Source of the DNA: an uncultured Chloroflexia bacterium
Lineage (GTDB): Bacteria > Chloroflexota > Limnocylindria > Limnocylindrales > CSP1-4
NCBI GenBank assembly: GCA_963720965.1
Contig: CAVRHD010000007.1
Span: 49,442 to 113,441 of the forward strand
DNA length: 64,000 nucleotides
Direction of reading: 5' to 3'
Both the position numbers and the translations under genes were made by a program. This document shows positions 32,816-43,245 of the stretch, piece after piece. Position 1 is the first letter of the stretch; every line of letters starts with the position of its first letter. The notes below the pieces were generated by a model that did no database searches, was not told the origin of the DNA, and was given only the letters and a program-made list of their open reading frames with translations.

Positions 32816-33678
32816 ATGTATTCGCGTCGTACGCGCATCCGTTCTGCCGCCGCGAGTCTGGGAGTCGCATTCGCGGTCCTCGCCTTCGGTGTACCCGCTC
32901 AAGCCGCTTCGAACATCACGGTGCCCTCGATCCCGGGCGCTGGCTGGATCCAGGGGCCAGACAACACCGCCGGCCGCACGGCCGTCATCGCCGCCAGCCC
33001 GGTGGCCGGTCTTGGCAAGGACAGCGTCAAGCTGACGAGCACCGGCACGTCCGATGTCGTCGGCATCGGCCGGGTGATCCCCGATCCCGTGGTCGGTCTC
33101 ACCGGTGCCTCATGGATGACGTACGTGGCGGGCAATACCGGTGACACCAACGCCGAGCCCGCCGCCCTCAGGTTCGGGTTGTACCGGACGAGCGGTACGT
33201 CGGTGTTCACGACCCTGGTGGTCGAGCGGTCTCTGAATGCGACGGTGACCCCCGGGGTCTGGCAGACAACGACGATGTCCGACAGTACCGTGGTCTGGCA
33301 GACCAACGCGCTCGGTAACTTCTGCCTCCAGGCAGCGCCATGCACGTTCGGCGATTCAAGACCGAGTACGGAGGGTCTGCCCATTTCACCAGCGTCCAGG
33401 TGGCGGTTGGGCCAGGTACCGGCGCGACCAGCTCGTACGTCGATGGCATCTCCCTGACCCTCGGCGAGGTCCCGGTCACCGAGAGCTGGGACTTCGAGCT
33501 CCCGGCGCAGGCCCCGACCCCGACCCCTAAGCCGACGACGACTCCGCCGGCGACCAGCACTGCCGCGCTGGCGACCGACTCGCGGACGCTCGATGGCGGG
33601 ATCTTGATCATCCTTAGCGTCGTTGGGCTGCTCGCGCTGCTGTCGGTTCGATTGCGCCGATCGGAGTCGACCAGCTGA
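32816..33678 (+). pseudogene. Secreted protein with signal peptide, Thr/Pro-rich linker and C-terminal TM anchor; one frameshift near 33345
   Basis: Signal peptide 'AFAVLAFGVPAQA/AS'. C-terminus 'TPTPKPTTTPPATSTAALATDSRTLDGGILIILSVVGLLALLSVRLRRS' in the 33340..33678 frame (cell-wall sorting-signal-like: hydrophobic stretch then basic tail, but no LPXTG/LAXTG). Confidence 0.55.
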
Positions 33679-33883
33679 ACCCGCCTTCTTGACTCGACTC
33701 TCTCGTCGGAGCCCAGTGCTCGCCAGCGGTACCGGTGCGGGGCGACCGGCGCGGTCATCGGGCGGAGCGAGGCCTCTGGTCTCCGAAGCGCGACGCTCAA
33801 GGGCCTGTCCGAGCCAATCGAGGTCGTGAACGTCGAGTGGCGTTGAGCGATGACCGCGGCGTCGGGCCGCGACTCCCTCGCCC

Positions 33884-35464
33884 TCAGTCCGGAGCGCCTC
33901 GCGGGGGCAGGGAGCGGACGGCTTCGCGCTCGATCGCGAGACCACGCCGGTGGCGCTCGTAGAACTCGGCGAAGCCCTGGACATCTCGCGGGTCGGGCTG
34001 GCGCGGCCGGCCGATGCTCTTGCTGATGTGTCCGTCGAGGTAGTCCGGGAGCGACTGGTCCCGGTCGGCGCGGAGGAGGTAGCCAGCAAGCAGGGCCATT
34101 CCCCACGCCCCACCCTCCCCTGCCGTGGTCGGGATGCTGACTGGGACGTTCAGCGCGGCAGCCATCATCCGCTGCCCGGTGTCGCCGCCCTTGAAGAAGC
34201 CGCCGTGCCCCCGGAGCTCCTCGACGACCACGCCTTCTTCGCCCGTCAGGATGTCCATCCCGGTCCGCAGGGCACACAGCGAGGCAAAGGTGAGCGCCCT
34301 GATCAGGTTTTCGATGGTGAGCCGGCTGTCCGGATTCCGCGCGATCAGCGGCCGGCCTTCAGTGAAGCCAGTCGCATGCTCGCCCGAGACGTAGTTGATC
34401 GCCAGGAGCCCGCCTGCGTCCGGATCGCCCAGGGCGGCCAGGGGCAGGAGCCGGCCGTAGAGCTCGTCGAGCGTCACTTCGGCGCCGAGCACCTTGGCCG
34501 CCTGCCCGAAGACCGCGATCCACGCGTCGAGGTCCGAAGAGCCGTTATTCGAATGGACCATCGCCACCGGCTTCGCGTCGGGCGTGACCACGACGTCGAT
34601 CGCCTCGTGGACCCGGCCGAGGCTCCGCTCGAGGACGAACATGGCGAAGACCGACGTGCCCGCCGAAACGTTGCCGGAGCGCGGTCGGACCGCGTTCGTG
34701 GCGACCATCCCGGTCCCCGCGTCGCCTTCCGGCGGGCACAACGGGATGCCTGGCTGGAGTCGGCCCTGCGAGTCGAGCAACGTCGATCCGGCTTCGCTCA
34801 GGGTTCCGGCCGAACGCCCGGCCGGCAGGACCGAAGGCAGGATGTCCCTAAGCTGCCAGGCCAGCCTGCGGGAGGCGATCAGGGCGTCAAAGACGGCGAT
34901 CCGGGCAGTGTCCCAGTCGCCGGTAAGCGGATCGATCGGGAACATGCCCGAGGCCTCGCCCACGCCCACGACATGCTCGCCGGTCAGCAGCCCGTGAACG
35001 TAACCGGCCAGGGTGGTGAGCCGGGCGATCCGGGCAACGTGGGCCTGGCCCTCGAGGATCGACTGGTACAGGTGGGCGATGCTCCAGCGCTGGGGCACGC
35101 CGAAGTCCAGCGCGGCCGTCAGTTCGGCACAGGCCTGCCCGGTGTTCGTGTTGCGCCACGTCCGGAACGGCACGAGGAGCTTGCCGGCCGCATCCAGGGC
35201 CAGATAGCCGTGCATCATCCCGCTGATCCCGATGGCGGCGACCCGCTCCAGCCCCGTCCCATGGCGCACCTGAACGTCCTCGGCAAGCGCGGCAAACGCG
35301 TCGGCCAGGCCGGTCCGAACGTCCGCCATGTCGTAGGTCCACAACCCGTCGCGGAGCTGGTTCTCCCAGGCATGGGCGCCTGAGGCCAGCGGCGTCGAGT
35401 CGGGCGCGATCAGCGAGGCCTTGATCCGGGTTGAACCCAGCTCGATCCCGAGGATCGCCTGACC
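33884..35464 (-). CDS. araB: FGGY-family carbohydrate kinase, probable L-ribulokinase
   Basis: FGGY motifs '...AIGISGMMHGYLALD...', 'INYVSGEHATGF', 'HGGFFKGG'. The conserved N-terminal 'ILGIELGSTRIKASL' lies in frame upstream of the ORF-track start (35344, TTG) with no canonical start codon before araD's stop, so the true start (~35464) is uncertain or affected by an error. Confidence 0.6.
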   Translation of the reverse strand, partial: GQAILGIELGSTRIKASLIAPDSTPLASGAHAWENQLRDGLWTYDMADVRTGLADAFAALAEDVQVRHGTGLERVAAIGISGMMHGYLALDAAGKLLVPFRTWRNTNTGQACAELTAALDFGVPQRWSIAHLYQSILEGQAHVARIARLTTLAGYVHGLLTGEHVVGVGEASGMFPIDPLTGDWDTARIAVFDALIASRRLAWQLRDILPSVLPAGRSAGTLSEAGSTLLDSQGRLQPGIPLCPPEGDAGTGMVATNAVRPRSGNVSAGTSVFAMFVLERSLGRVHEAIDVVVTPDAKPVAMVHSNNGSSDLDAWIAVFGQAAKVLGAEVTLDELYGRLLPLAALGDPDAGGLLAINYVSGEHATGFTEGRPLIARNPDSRLTIENLIRALTFASLCALRTGMDILTGEEGVVVEELRGHGGFFKGGDTGQRMMAAALNVPVSIPTTAGEGGAWGMALLAGYLLRADRDQSLPDYLDGHISKSIGRPRQPDPRDVQGFAEFYERHRRGLAIEREAVRSLPPRGAPD

Positions 35465-35484
35465 CGATTGGATCAGCCCGGCGC

Positions 35485-36216
35485 TCAGCGGTTCTTCTGC
35501 CCGTAATACGCGGCCGGGCCGTGCTTGCGCTGGTGGTGCTTCTCGGCCAGGAACGAAGGGAGCTCAGGGGCGTCTGGATTCAGGCCAAGGGTCTGGATCG
35601 CCATCAGGGCGACCGTCTCGAGGAGGATCGCGTGGTCCGCGGCCTCGGCTGCGCTCCGGCCCCAGGTGAACGGCCCATGCGACGCGACGAGCACGCCCGG
35701 CATCTCGTCCGCCCGAAGCCCGAGGCTGGCGAGCGTGTCCACGATCACGGCGCCCGTCTCGGCCTCGTAGCTGCCGTCGACTTCGGCGGGCGTCAGCTGG
35801 CGGGTGACCGGGATCGGGCCGTGGAAGTGATCGGCGTGGGTCGTGCCGAGGGGCGGGATCGAGCGGCCGGCCTGGGCCCAGGCGCTGGCCGCGCTCGAAT
35901 GGGTATGGACGACGCCGCCGATCGTGCCAAGGTCGCGGTACAGGCGGAGATGCGTCGGGGTGTCCGAGGAGGGCCGGGCATCCCCGTCGAGGACGCTGCC
36001 GTCCGCCAGGGAGACAACGACGAGCCCCTCGGCCCGAAGCTCGCCGTAGGGCACGCCGCTCGGCTTGATGATCAGGATGCCGGCGTCGCGATCCGCTCCG
36101 CTCGCATTGCCGAAGGTCAGCCGAACCAGGCCGGCCTCGACCAGGGCCAGGTTCGCTCGAAGGACCTCCTGGCGCAGGTCCGGGAACGACAGTCCGTGAC
36201 GGCCGGTCACAGCCAC
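35485..36216 (-). CDS. araD: L-ribulose-5-phosphate 4-epimerase (class II aldolase fold)
   Basis: 243 aa; 'LVEAGLVRLTFGNASGADRDAGILIIKPSGVPYGEL', 'GGVVHTHSSAASAWAQAG', 'THADHFHGPIPVT'. GTG start with GGGAG RBS overlapping the araA stop. Confidence 0.85.
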   Translation of the reverse strand: MAVTGRHGLSFPDLRQEVLRANLALVEAGLVRLTFGNASGADRDAGILIIKPSGVPYGELRAEGLVVVSLADGSVLDGDARPSSDTPTHLRLYRDLGTIGGVVHTHSSAASAWAQAGRSIPPLGTTHADHFHGPIPVTRQLTPAEVDGSYEAETGAVIVDTLASLGLRADEMPGVLVASHGPFTWGRSAAEAADHAILLETVALMAIQTLGLNPDAPELPSFLAEKHHQRKHGPAAYYGQKNR

Positions 36217-36222
36217 GGCTCC

Positions 36223-37728
36223 CTAAAGCCCGCGGGCAAGGCGGTAGTACACCGAGTTCCAGCGGAGCTCCCGGCTGAACTCCGGGATCGTGGTCCGCGC
36301 CCCGATCGCGAGGAACTCGAGCCCGGCGATCTCGGCGAAGTCGGCCAGCGGCTCGAGCCCGACCGCCCGGCTCAGGACCGTGTGGTGCGAGCCGCCGGCC
36401 ATCAGCCAGGCCTCGGCCGCCGTGACCAGGCCCGGGCGTGGCTGCCAGACCGCCCGGCCAACCGGCAGGCGCGGCATCGGCTCGTCCGGCGGGACGAGGT
36501 CAACCTCGTTGGCCAGGAGCCGGAACCGGTCGCCCATGTCCATCAGGGCCACGATCACGGCCGGTCCGGTGCCTGCATCGAAGACGAGCCGAACCGGATC
36601 GTGCCGGCCGCCGATCGAGAGAGGATGAATCTCGCATGAGACCGTTTGATCGGCGATCGTCGGGCAGACCTCGAGCATGTGGGCGCCGAGGACCTTCGGC
36701 CCGGCCGGATCGAGGTGATACGTGTAGTCCTCCATGAACGACGTCCCACCCGGCAGCCCCCGGGCCATCGTCTTGACCAGGCGGACCATGATCGCCGTCT
36801 TCCAATCGCCCTCGGCGCCAAAGCCAAAGCCCTCTGCCATCAGGCGCTGACAGGCAATGCCGGGCAGCTGCCGGAGCCCGTCGAGGTTCTCGAACGTGTC
36901 GGTGAAGGCCGTGCAGCCGGTCGCCCCCAGGAATCCGCGCAAAGCGGCCTCGATCCGCGCGGCTTCGCGCAGGGAGTCATGGTCGGTGCCTCCGGCGAGC
37001 AGGCTCGGGGCAACCCGATAGCTCGATCCATACTCCTCGACCAGGCGATCGACCTCGGCCTCGGCCACCGCCTGGACGGCGTCGCCGAGCTCGCTCACGC
37101 TGTAGCCGTTGATCGAGGCGCCGAGCCGGATCTGGGCCTCGACCTTGTCGCCCTCGGTCACTGCGACATCGCGCATGTTGTCGCCGAAGCGCGCGACCTT
37201 GAGGCCGTGTGCGTCGCGCCAGGCGCAGGCGGCCCGGGTCCACCAGCCAATTCGGTCCTGGACGGCCGGATCGGACCAATGACCGGCCACCGTCTTGCGG
37301 GCGGTCCCAACTCGGTCCTCGATGTGGCCGAACTCGCGGTCGCCGTGGGCGGCCTGGTTCAGGTTCATGAAGTTCATGTCGATCTCGGCCCAGGGGAGAT
37401 CGCGGTTGAACTGGGTGTGCAGGTGCAGGAGCGGCTTCTGCAGCGCTTGTAGGCCGCCGATCCACATCCGGGCCGGCGAGAACGTGTGCATCCAGGCGAT
37501 CACCCCGACGCATTCGTCCGAGGCGCTGGCCGCCCGGCAGGCGGCCGCGATGCTCTCGGGCGACTTGACGATCGGCTTGAACACGACCCGGACGGGGATC
37601 GAGTCCGAGCTGTCCAGGGCGCCCGCGATCACGCCCGCATTGGCGGCGACCTGGCGCAGGACCTCGTCGCCATACAGGTCCTGGCTGCCGGTCAGGAACC
37701 AGACCTCGAACTCGCCCAGCGGCTTCAT
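36223..37728 (-). CDS. araA: L-arabinose isomerase
   Basis: 501 aa intact; '[14 protein letters not shown]' N-terminus, '[11 protein letters not shown]', 'MEDYTYH' typical AraA motifs. ATG start overlaps the upstream permease stop (ATGA). Confidence 0.85.
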   Translation of the reverse strand: MKPLGEFEVWFLTGSQDLYGDEVLRQVAANAGVIAGALDSSDSIPVRVVFKPIVKSPESIAAACRAASASDECVGVIAWMHTFSPARMWIGGLQALQKPLLHLHTQFNRDLPWAEIDMNFMNLNQAAHGDREFGHIEDRVGTARKTVAGHWSDPAVQDRIGWWTRAACAWRDAHGLKVARFGDNMRDVAVTEGDKVEAQIRLGASINGYSVSELGDAVQAVAEAEVDRLVEEYGSSYRVAPSLLAGGTDHDSLREAARIEAALRGFLGATGCTAFTDTFENLDGLRQLPGIACQRLMAEGFGFGAEGDWKTAIMVRLVKTMARGLPGGTSFMEDYTYHLDPAGPKVLGAHMLEVCPTIADQTVSCEIHPLSIGGRHDPVRLVFDAGTGPAVIVALMDMGDRFRLLANEVDLVPPDEPMPRLPVGRAVWQPRPGLVTAAEAWLMAGGSHHTVLSRAVGLEPLADFAEIAGLEFLAIGARTTIPEFSRELRWNSVYYRLARGL

Positions 37729-38564
37729 CCCTTGATCGCCCCGGACATGAAGCCGCGGACGTACTGGCCCTGGAGGGCGAAGAAGAGGATCAGGCAGGGC
37801 AGCGCCATGACCACGACCCCGGCCTCGAGCGAGCCGTAGTCGATCACGCCCATCGTCTGCTGGCGGAGGCTCGTGATCGCCAGCGACAGCGGTGCCTTGC
37901 TCGAGCTGCTGATCAGGATCAGGGGTGTGATGAAGTCGTTCCAGGCGGCCAGGAAGGCGAACAGGGCGACCGTCACGATGCCCGGCCGGACCGAGGGCAG
38001 CATCACCCTCCGAAACACTCCGAACGTGCCGGCGCCATCCACCTGGGCCGCGTCCTCCAGCTCCCTCGGTACCGCTTCGATCGAGATTCGCATCATGAAC
38101 GTTGCGAATGGCAGCTGGAACATCGTCATGACCAGGGCCAGGCCGATCAGCGAGTCATTCAGCCCGATCACTTTGAGCAGGACGAACAACGGGATCAGCA
38201 GGGTCGCGTACGGGACCATCAGGATCCCGAGGGTTACCAGGAACAGGACGTCCTTGCCCGGAAAACTGAACCGGGCAAAGCCGTAGCCGCCAAGCAACGA
38301 CACCGACAGGGTGAAGACCACCGTCGCGACCGAGATGACGATGCTGTTGAACAGGTACTGGGGCAACCCGTCGGCGTAGTTCATCAACCGGGCGTAGTTG
38401 CCCAGGCCGATCCCCGTTGGCTGGCCGGAGCCCGGCTGGCCGGAGACCGAGGCGAACGCAGCCCAGATCAGCGGGAACAGGAACAGGATCGCCAGGCCAC
38501 CAGTCAGGACGTAGAACGAGGTCCGGCTCAGGAAGGCCGGGACGCGCGGCGGCCGCGAGATCAT
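37725..38564 (-). CDS. Carbohydrate ABC transporter permease (MalG-like)
   Basis: 6-TM permease with an EAA loop; start ATG at 38564 overlaps the stop of the upstream permease. Confidence 0.75.
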   Translation of the reverse strand: MISRPPRVPAFLSRTSFYVLTGGLAILFLFPLIWAAFASVSGQPGSGQPTGIGLGNYARLMNYADGLPQYLFNSIVISVATVVFTLSVSLLGGYGFARFSFPGKDVLFLVTLGILMVPYATLLIPLFVLLKVIGLNDSLIGLALVMTMFQLPFATFMMRISIEAVPRELEDAAQVDGAGTFGVFRRVMLPSVRPGIVTVALFAFLAAWNDFITPLILISSSSKAPLSLAITSLRQQTMGVIDYGSLEAGVVVMALPCLILFFALQGQYVRGFMSGAIKG

Positions 38565-38565
38565 G

Positions 38566-39510
38566 TCAGCCTGCCTCAGCCCGGCGCAGGGCCCGGAACT
38601 GGCCACCGTTCAGGACAAGCAGGACGAGCAGGACCACGATCGAGAGGGCCGCTGCGGTGCCCAGGTTCTCGCGCTGGAACGCCTCGCGGTAGATCAGCTG
38701 GACGACCGTGATCGTCGAGTTGTCCGGACCGCCCTTGGTAAGGATGTAGAACTGATCGAAAGCCAGCAGGGACCCGGTGATGCACAGGATCAGGGCCAGG
38801 GCCAGCGACCGGCGCAGGAGCGGCAGGGTCACGTAGCGGAAGGCGGCCCAGCTCGAGGCGCCGTCGATCGCCGCTGCTTCGGTCAGGTCTCGCGGGATGG
38901 CCTGCAGGCCGACGAGCAGGATGAGCATGTAGAACCCGGCGAACTTCCAGACCACCAGGAAGGTCGTCGACAGGAGAGCGCTCAGCGGATCGCCCAGGAA
39001 TTCGATCGGGCTCGAGGTAACGCCCATCGCCTGGAGGATCGGGTTGATCGGTCCGATGCTCGGCGAGTACAGGCCCCAGAACAGCAGGGAGGCCGAGGCA
39101 AGACCCATCGCGCTCGGCAGCAGGAACGAAGTTCGCAGGAATCCCCGCCACTTGCCGCCGCGATCGATCAACAGGGCCAGGCCCAGGCCCAGCCCGATCA
39201 GGCAGATCGTGACGAGCACGGTGTACTCGATCGTGAACCCGACGGCCGGCCAGAACAGCGAGTTCGTCGAGATCGCGCTGTAGTTGGCCGGGAAGTTCAC
39301 CCCCTGGGCGCCGCCCAGGAGGGGCCAGCGGGTGATCGACATACGGCCGACCAGGACGAGCGGGGCGATGAAGAAGACGACGGTGAACAGGAACGTCGGC
39401 GCGACGTAGAGCAAGCCGATCAGCTGGCGCCGTCGGCGCTGGGACAGGTCACGCCGGCTGCGGCGGCGGACCGAACCGGTAGGCGGGGCGATCGATGACG
39501 CGGTGGTCAT
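38566..39510 (-). CDS. Carbohydrate ABC transporter permease (MalF/UgpA-like)
   Basis: 314 aa, N-terminal basic cytoplasmic segment then TM helices, EAA loop 'TEAAAIDGASSW'. Confidence 0.75.
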   Translation of the reverse strand: MTTASSIAPPTGSVRRRSRRDLSQRRRRQLIGLLYVAPTFLFTVVFFIAPLVLVGRMSITRWPLLGGAQGVNFPANYSAISTNSLFWPAVGFTIEYTVLVTICLIGLGLGLALLIDRGGKWRGFLRTSFLLPSAMGLASASLLFWGLYSPSIGPINPILQAMGVTSSPIEFLGDPLSALLSTTFLVVWKFAGFYMLILLVGLQAIPRDLTEAAAIDGASSWAAFRYVTLPLLRRSLALALILCITGSLLAFDQFYILTKGGPDNSTITVVQLIYREAFQRENLGTAAALSIVVLLVLLVLNGGQFRALRRAEAG

Positions 39511-39617
39511 TGCGAAAGCGGCTCTCCCTGCCGGTTCAACAGCTCGCGTGGGGCGGCTTCGGACGGCCGGGCCGCCCCACGCTGTGTACAGCTACCTTGG
39601 CAGAAACGGGTGTGCGC

Positions 39618-40976
39618 TTATTGGCCGACCAACGAGGCGGTGATCGCGTCGTTGTCCTTGTCGATCTGGGCCGAGGAGGCCCCATTGAAGACGGCGTCCC
39701 GGGTCAGGACGAGCCACGGCCCGTTCGGGTCGTTGAACGTCTGGCCGAAGTTCTTGGCCAGGGGTGTCTGGCCCTTCGAGGCAACCTGGTTCACGATGAC
39801 GACCCGTGGGTCGGCCGCGGAGTACTTGTTGTTGGCCAGGTCCGAACGGGCCACGATGTTGCCACCCTTGGCCACGATCTCGACCTGGGCATAGTCGCCG
39901 AGCGTCCAGGCCAGGAAGTTCCAGGCCTGCTGGCTGACCTTGCTGTTGGCCGTGATCCCGACCGCGTCGCCACCGACGAAGGTCGACTGGCCGCCGTTCA
40001 GGCCGCCGATCGGCGCCACGCCATAGTTGACCGTCGACGGGATCGAGCTGAGGGCGCTGCCCGGGAAGGGCATGATCCCGATGTTGCCCTTCGGAAAGAA
40101 GCTGGTCCAGGTCGGGCCCGACTCGGTCTTCGTGCCCGTCGCGACGATCCCGTCCTTGACCTCGCCGGCGAAGATCGCGTAGACGGACTTCGCCTCGTCG
40201 CTGTTCAGCATCGAGGCCGTGCCGTCGGCGTTCATGACCTGCGAACCGTCGGCCCAGATGCTCGGCCACCAGGTAAAGACCTGGCAGCCGCCGCAGGCGC
40301 CGCCGAAGAACGTACCGCTGACTCCGCCGCCGAGCTTCTGGATCGCCCGGGCATCGGTGTCGTAGTCCTTGAGGGTCGCCGGCGGCGTGTTCGGATCTAG
40401 CCCGGCCTTCGTGAACAGGTCCTTGTTATAGACCCAGACCGAGAGGTCCATGATGAATGGGACGCCGTACTCCTTGCCGCCTGTGGTCGAGGCCGCGATC
40501 GGGCCTTGCGCCAGGGTGCTCGCGAACGGCAGCGCGCTGATGTCGCTGGTGATGTCGGTGAACAGGCCCTGGGAGGTCCAGTTCGGCATGAACACCACGT
40601 CGCCCGAGATGATGTCGGGCAGCGAACCGGCGCCGGCCGCGGCCCCGACCTTGGTCTGCATGTCGTCGGTCGGCACGATCGTCAGATCGACCTGGTTCTT
40701 GTGGGTCGCGTTATAGGCGGCCACGAGCTCCTGTGCCTGTGTCTGGGTGGCGGCTCGCGTCCACATCGTGATCTTGCTGCCGTCGTCGATACCCGCCGAG
40801 AACGAACTCGGCGCTGGCGACCCGGCCGCGCTCGATGGTGCCGATGACGCCGGCGGTGCGGCCGTTGCTGCTGCAGTCGGAGCCGCGGTGGGGGCCGGCG
40901 TGGCCGACCCCGAGCAGCCGACCAGCGAGACAACGGCCAGTGTCGCCAGGGTGGTCATCCCCAAGCGGTGCCTCAT
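39618..40976 (-). CDS. Sugar ABC transporter substrate-binding lipoprotein (family 1)
   Basis: ATG at 40976 with GGAGCAAGGG RBS; signal peptide and lipobox 'LAVVSLVGCSGS'; Ala/Pro linker; 453 aa. The ORF-track extension to 42131 is antisense to the GH127 gene and rejected. Confidence 0.75.
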   Translation of the reverse strand: MRHRLGMTTLATLAVVSLVGCSGSATPAPTAAPTAAATAAPPASSAPSSAAGSPAPSSFSAGIDDGSKITMWTRAATQTQAQELVAAYNATHKNQVDLTIVPTDDMQTKVGAAAGAGSLPDIISGDVVFMPNWTSQGLFTDITSDISALPFASTLAQGPIAASTTGGKEYGVPFIMDLSVWVYNKDLFTKAGLDPNTPPATLKDYDTDARAIQKLGGGVSGTFFGGACGGCQVFTWWPSIWADGSQVMNADGTASMLNSDEAKSVYAIFAGEVKDGIVATGTKTESGPTWTSFFPKGNIGIMPFPGSALSSIPSTVNYGVAPIGGLNGGQSTFVGGDAVGITANSKVSQQAWNFLAWTLGDYAQVEIVAKGGNIVARSDLANNKYSAADPRVVIVNQVASKGQTPLAKNFGQTFNDPNGPWLVLTRDAVFNGASSAQIDKDNDAITASLVGQ

Positions 40977-41246
40977 CCCTTGCTCCTCCAGTACAACCGG
41001 CCGGCGAGGATTCCCGGCCGTCCAATACGTCGGGTGCCTGCCCTTGGCCCGCGCCAGACTACCATGAGCAATCCTGTGCGTACAATCGTATTCATTCGCC
41101 CGGGCAGATCGGCGAAACCTGCACGCAATCGTATGCGCGCGTACGTTACTCTGTGCGCCAACACGGTGGGCCCTCCAGGCGCCTCGTGAGGCCGTCATGA
41201 CCGGCCGGGCTGCGGGCCGGCTCGGGCAGAACTGAGGATTGAACAG

Positions 41247-43202
41247 GTGGCATCTCCGGCCAGGGTTCCAGTCGCAACCGTTGCCCCGACCGACCATGCC
41301 CTGAGCGCGCTCAGGCCGCTTCAGGCCGGCGATGCCACGATCAGCGGCGGCTTCTGGGCGACCCGCCAGCGCCTGAATCGCGAGCGCTCCCTGGCCCACG
41401 GCTTCGGCGAGCTGGAGCGAGCCGGCAATCTGAACAACCTGCGCCTGGCCGCCGGGGCGAGCGGAACCTACCGGGCCGTCGGCCTGGCCAGCGGCCTCGT
41501 CTTTCCATTTCTCGACACCGACGTCTACAAGTGGCTCGAGGCGGTCGCCTGGGAGCTCGGCCGCGCTCCGTCGGCCGACCTGAGCCGGGCTGCCGACGAG
41601 GCCATCACGGCCGTGGCCGGGGCCCAGCGCGCGGACGGCTATCTCAACAGCTACGTCCAGGTCCTGGGCGAGACGAAGCCCTACGCGGACCTCCAGTGGG
41701 GCCACGAGCTGTACTCGTACGGCCATCTGACCCAGGCGGCCGTCGCCTGGCACTCGGTCCTGGGCGACGACCGGCTCCTGAACGTCGCGCTCCGGGCGAT
41801 CGAGTCGGTCGAGCGCGAGTTCGGCTCGGCCGATCGGCCGCCCCTCGACGGTCATCCCGTGTTCGAGACGGCCCTGGTCGAGCTCTACCGAGCGATCGGT
41901 GACGAGCGGTTCCTGGACCTGGCTGCCCGGATGATCGACCAGCGCGGCCACGGGCTGATCGGCGAGGGTCGCTTCGGCTCGGCCTACTGGCAGGACCTGG
42001 AACCGGTCCATGAGGCACGCTCGGTCGCCGGACACGCCGTCCGCCAGCTGTACCTGGACGCCGGAGCCGTGGACGTGGCCGCCGAGGTCGGCGATCAGCG
42101 CCTTCTCGACGCCGTCCAGCGGCGCTGGCAAGACCTCGTCGCGACCCGGACGTATCTCACCGGCGGGATGGGCAGCCGGGCCCGCGACGAGGCGTTCGGC
42201 GACCCGTTCGAGCTACCGCCCGATCAGGCCTACGCCGAGACCTGCGCGGGCGTGGCCAGCGTGATGCTGGCCTGGCGCCTCCTCCTGGCAACAGGCGATC
42301 CGGCTTGTGCCGACCTGATCGAGCGAACGATCTTCAACGGAGTCCTGGCTGGCTCGTCGCTCGAGGGGACCGAGTTCTTCTACACGAACCCGCTCCAGCG
42401 CCGGACCGAGCGAGCCGCCGCCGAGCCGGGTTCTGGTCGTCGAGCGCGCTGGCAGGCCTGCGCCTGCTGTCCACCAAACCTGATGCGCCTGCTCAGTTCG
42501 TGGGAGCAGTACCTCGCCACGAGCGATCGGGGCGGGGTCCAGATCCATCAGTACGCGACGGGCGAAGTCCGGGCAACGGTCGGAGGCGGGGTCGTTCGGG
42601 TAGCCGTCGAGACCGACTACCCGTGGGATGGGCGCGTCGTCGTCCGGATCGTCGAGAGTCCGTCCGAGCCGTGGTCGCTGTCCCTGAGGGTCCCCGGCTG
42701 GTGCCAGTCGGCCTCCGTCCGAGTTAACTCAGGCGAGAGCCAGGCCGGCCACGGGGGGACTCGCTGGGCCTCGCCGACCCAGGCCTGGCGCCGGGGCGAC
42801 GAGGTCGTGCTCACGATGGACATGCCGGTCCGGGTTACCCAGCCCGATCCGCGGATCGACGAGATCCGGGGCTGCCTCGCTTTGGAGCGCGGCCCGCTCG
42901 TCTACTGCATCGAGAGCGCCGACCTGCCCGACGGCGTGATCCTCGAGGACGTCGTCCTCGAACCGACCGTGCGGCCGCGCACGACCGCCCGGCCCGACAT
43001 CGCCGAGTCGATGGTCGGCTTGATCGTGCCCGCGATCCATCGACCAACGCCGAATCCGACCGAGTGGCCCTACCGGCGCAGCGGTGGTGGCGGCCATCGC
43101 GCGGTCGAGGCCCGGCCGATCGACGCCGGGGCGATCCCCTACTTCGCCTGGGCGAACCGCGCGGACGGCGCAATGCGAGTGTGGATACCCGTCCGGGCCT
43201 GA
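41247..43202 (+). CDS. Glycoside hydrolase family 127 (beta-L-arabinofuranosidase HypBA1-like, DUF1680)
   Basis: 651 aa with the GH127 Cys-rich zinc motif 'CACCPPN' and 'ETCA'. GTG start with GAGGA RBS. Confidence 0.75.
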   Translation: MASPARVPVATVAPTDHALSALRPLQAGDATISGGFWATRQRLNRERSLAHGFGELERAGNLNNLRLAAGASGTYRAVGLASGLVFPFLDTDVYKWLEAVAWELGRAPSADLSRAADEAITAVAGAQRADGYLNSYVQVLGETKPYADLQWGHELYSYGHLTQAAVAWHSVLGDDRLLNVALRAIESVEREFGSADRPPLDGHPVFETALVELYRAIGDERFLDLAARMIDQRGHGLIGEGRFGSAYWQDLEPVHEARSVAGHAVRQLYLDAGAVDVAAEVGDQRLLDAVQRRWQDLVATRTYLTGGMGSRARDEAFGDPFELPPDQAYAETCAGVASVMLAWRLLLATGDPACADLIERTIFNGVLAGSSLEGTEFFYTNPLQRRTERAAAEPGSGRRARWQACACCPPNLMRLLSSWEQYLATSDRGGVQIHQYATGEVRATVGGGVVRVAVETDYPWDGRVVVRIVESPSEPWSLSLRVPGWCQSASVRVNSGESQAGHGGTRWASPTQAWRRGDEVVLTMDMPVRVTQPDPRIDEIRGCLALERGPLVYCIESADLPDGVILEDVVLEPTVRPRTTARPDIAESMVGLIVPAIHRPTPNPTEWPYRRSGGGGHRAVEARPIDAGAIPYFAWANRADGAMRVWIPVRA

Positions 43203-43245
43203 TCGCTGAGGGCCGCGCGAACCTTCCGGAGACGGCTGCGCGGCG

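Noticed and set aside
40977-42131. Upstream extension of the 837-aa minus-strand ORF beyond the SBP start
   Set aside because: Antisense to the GH127 gene. The SBP has a clear ATG, RBS and lipoprotein signal at 40976.
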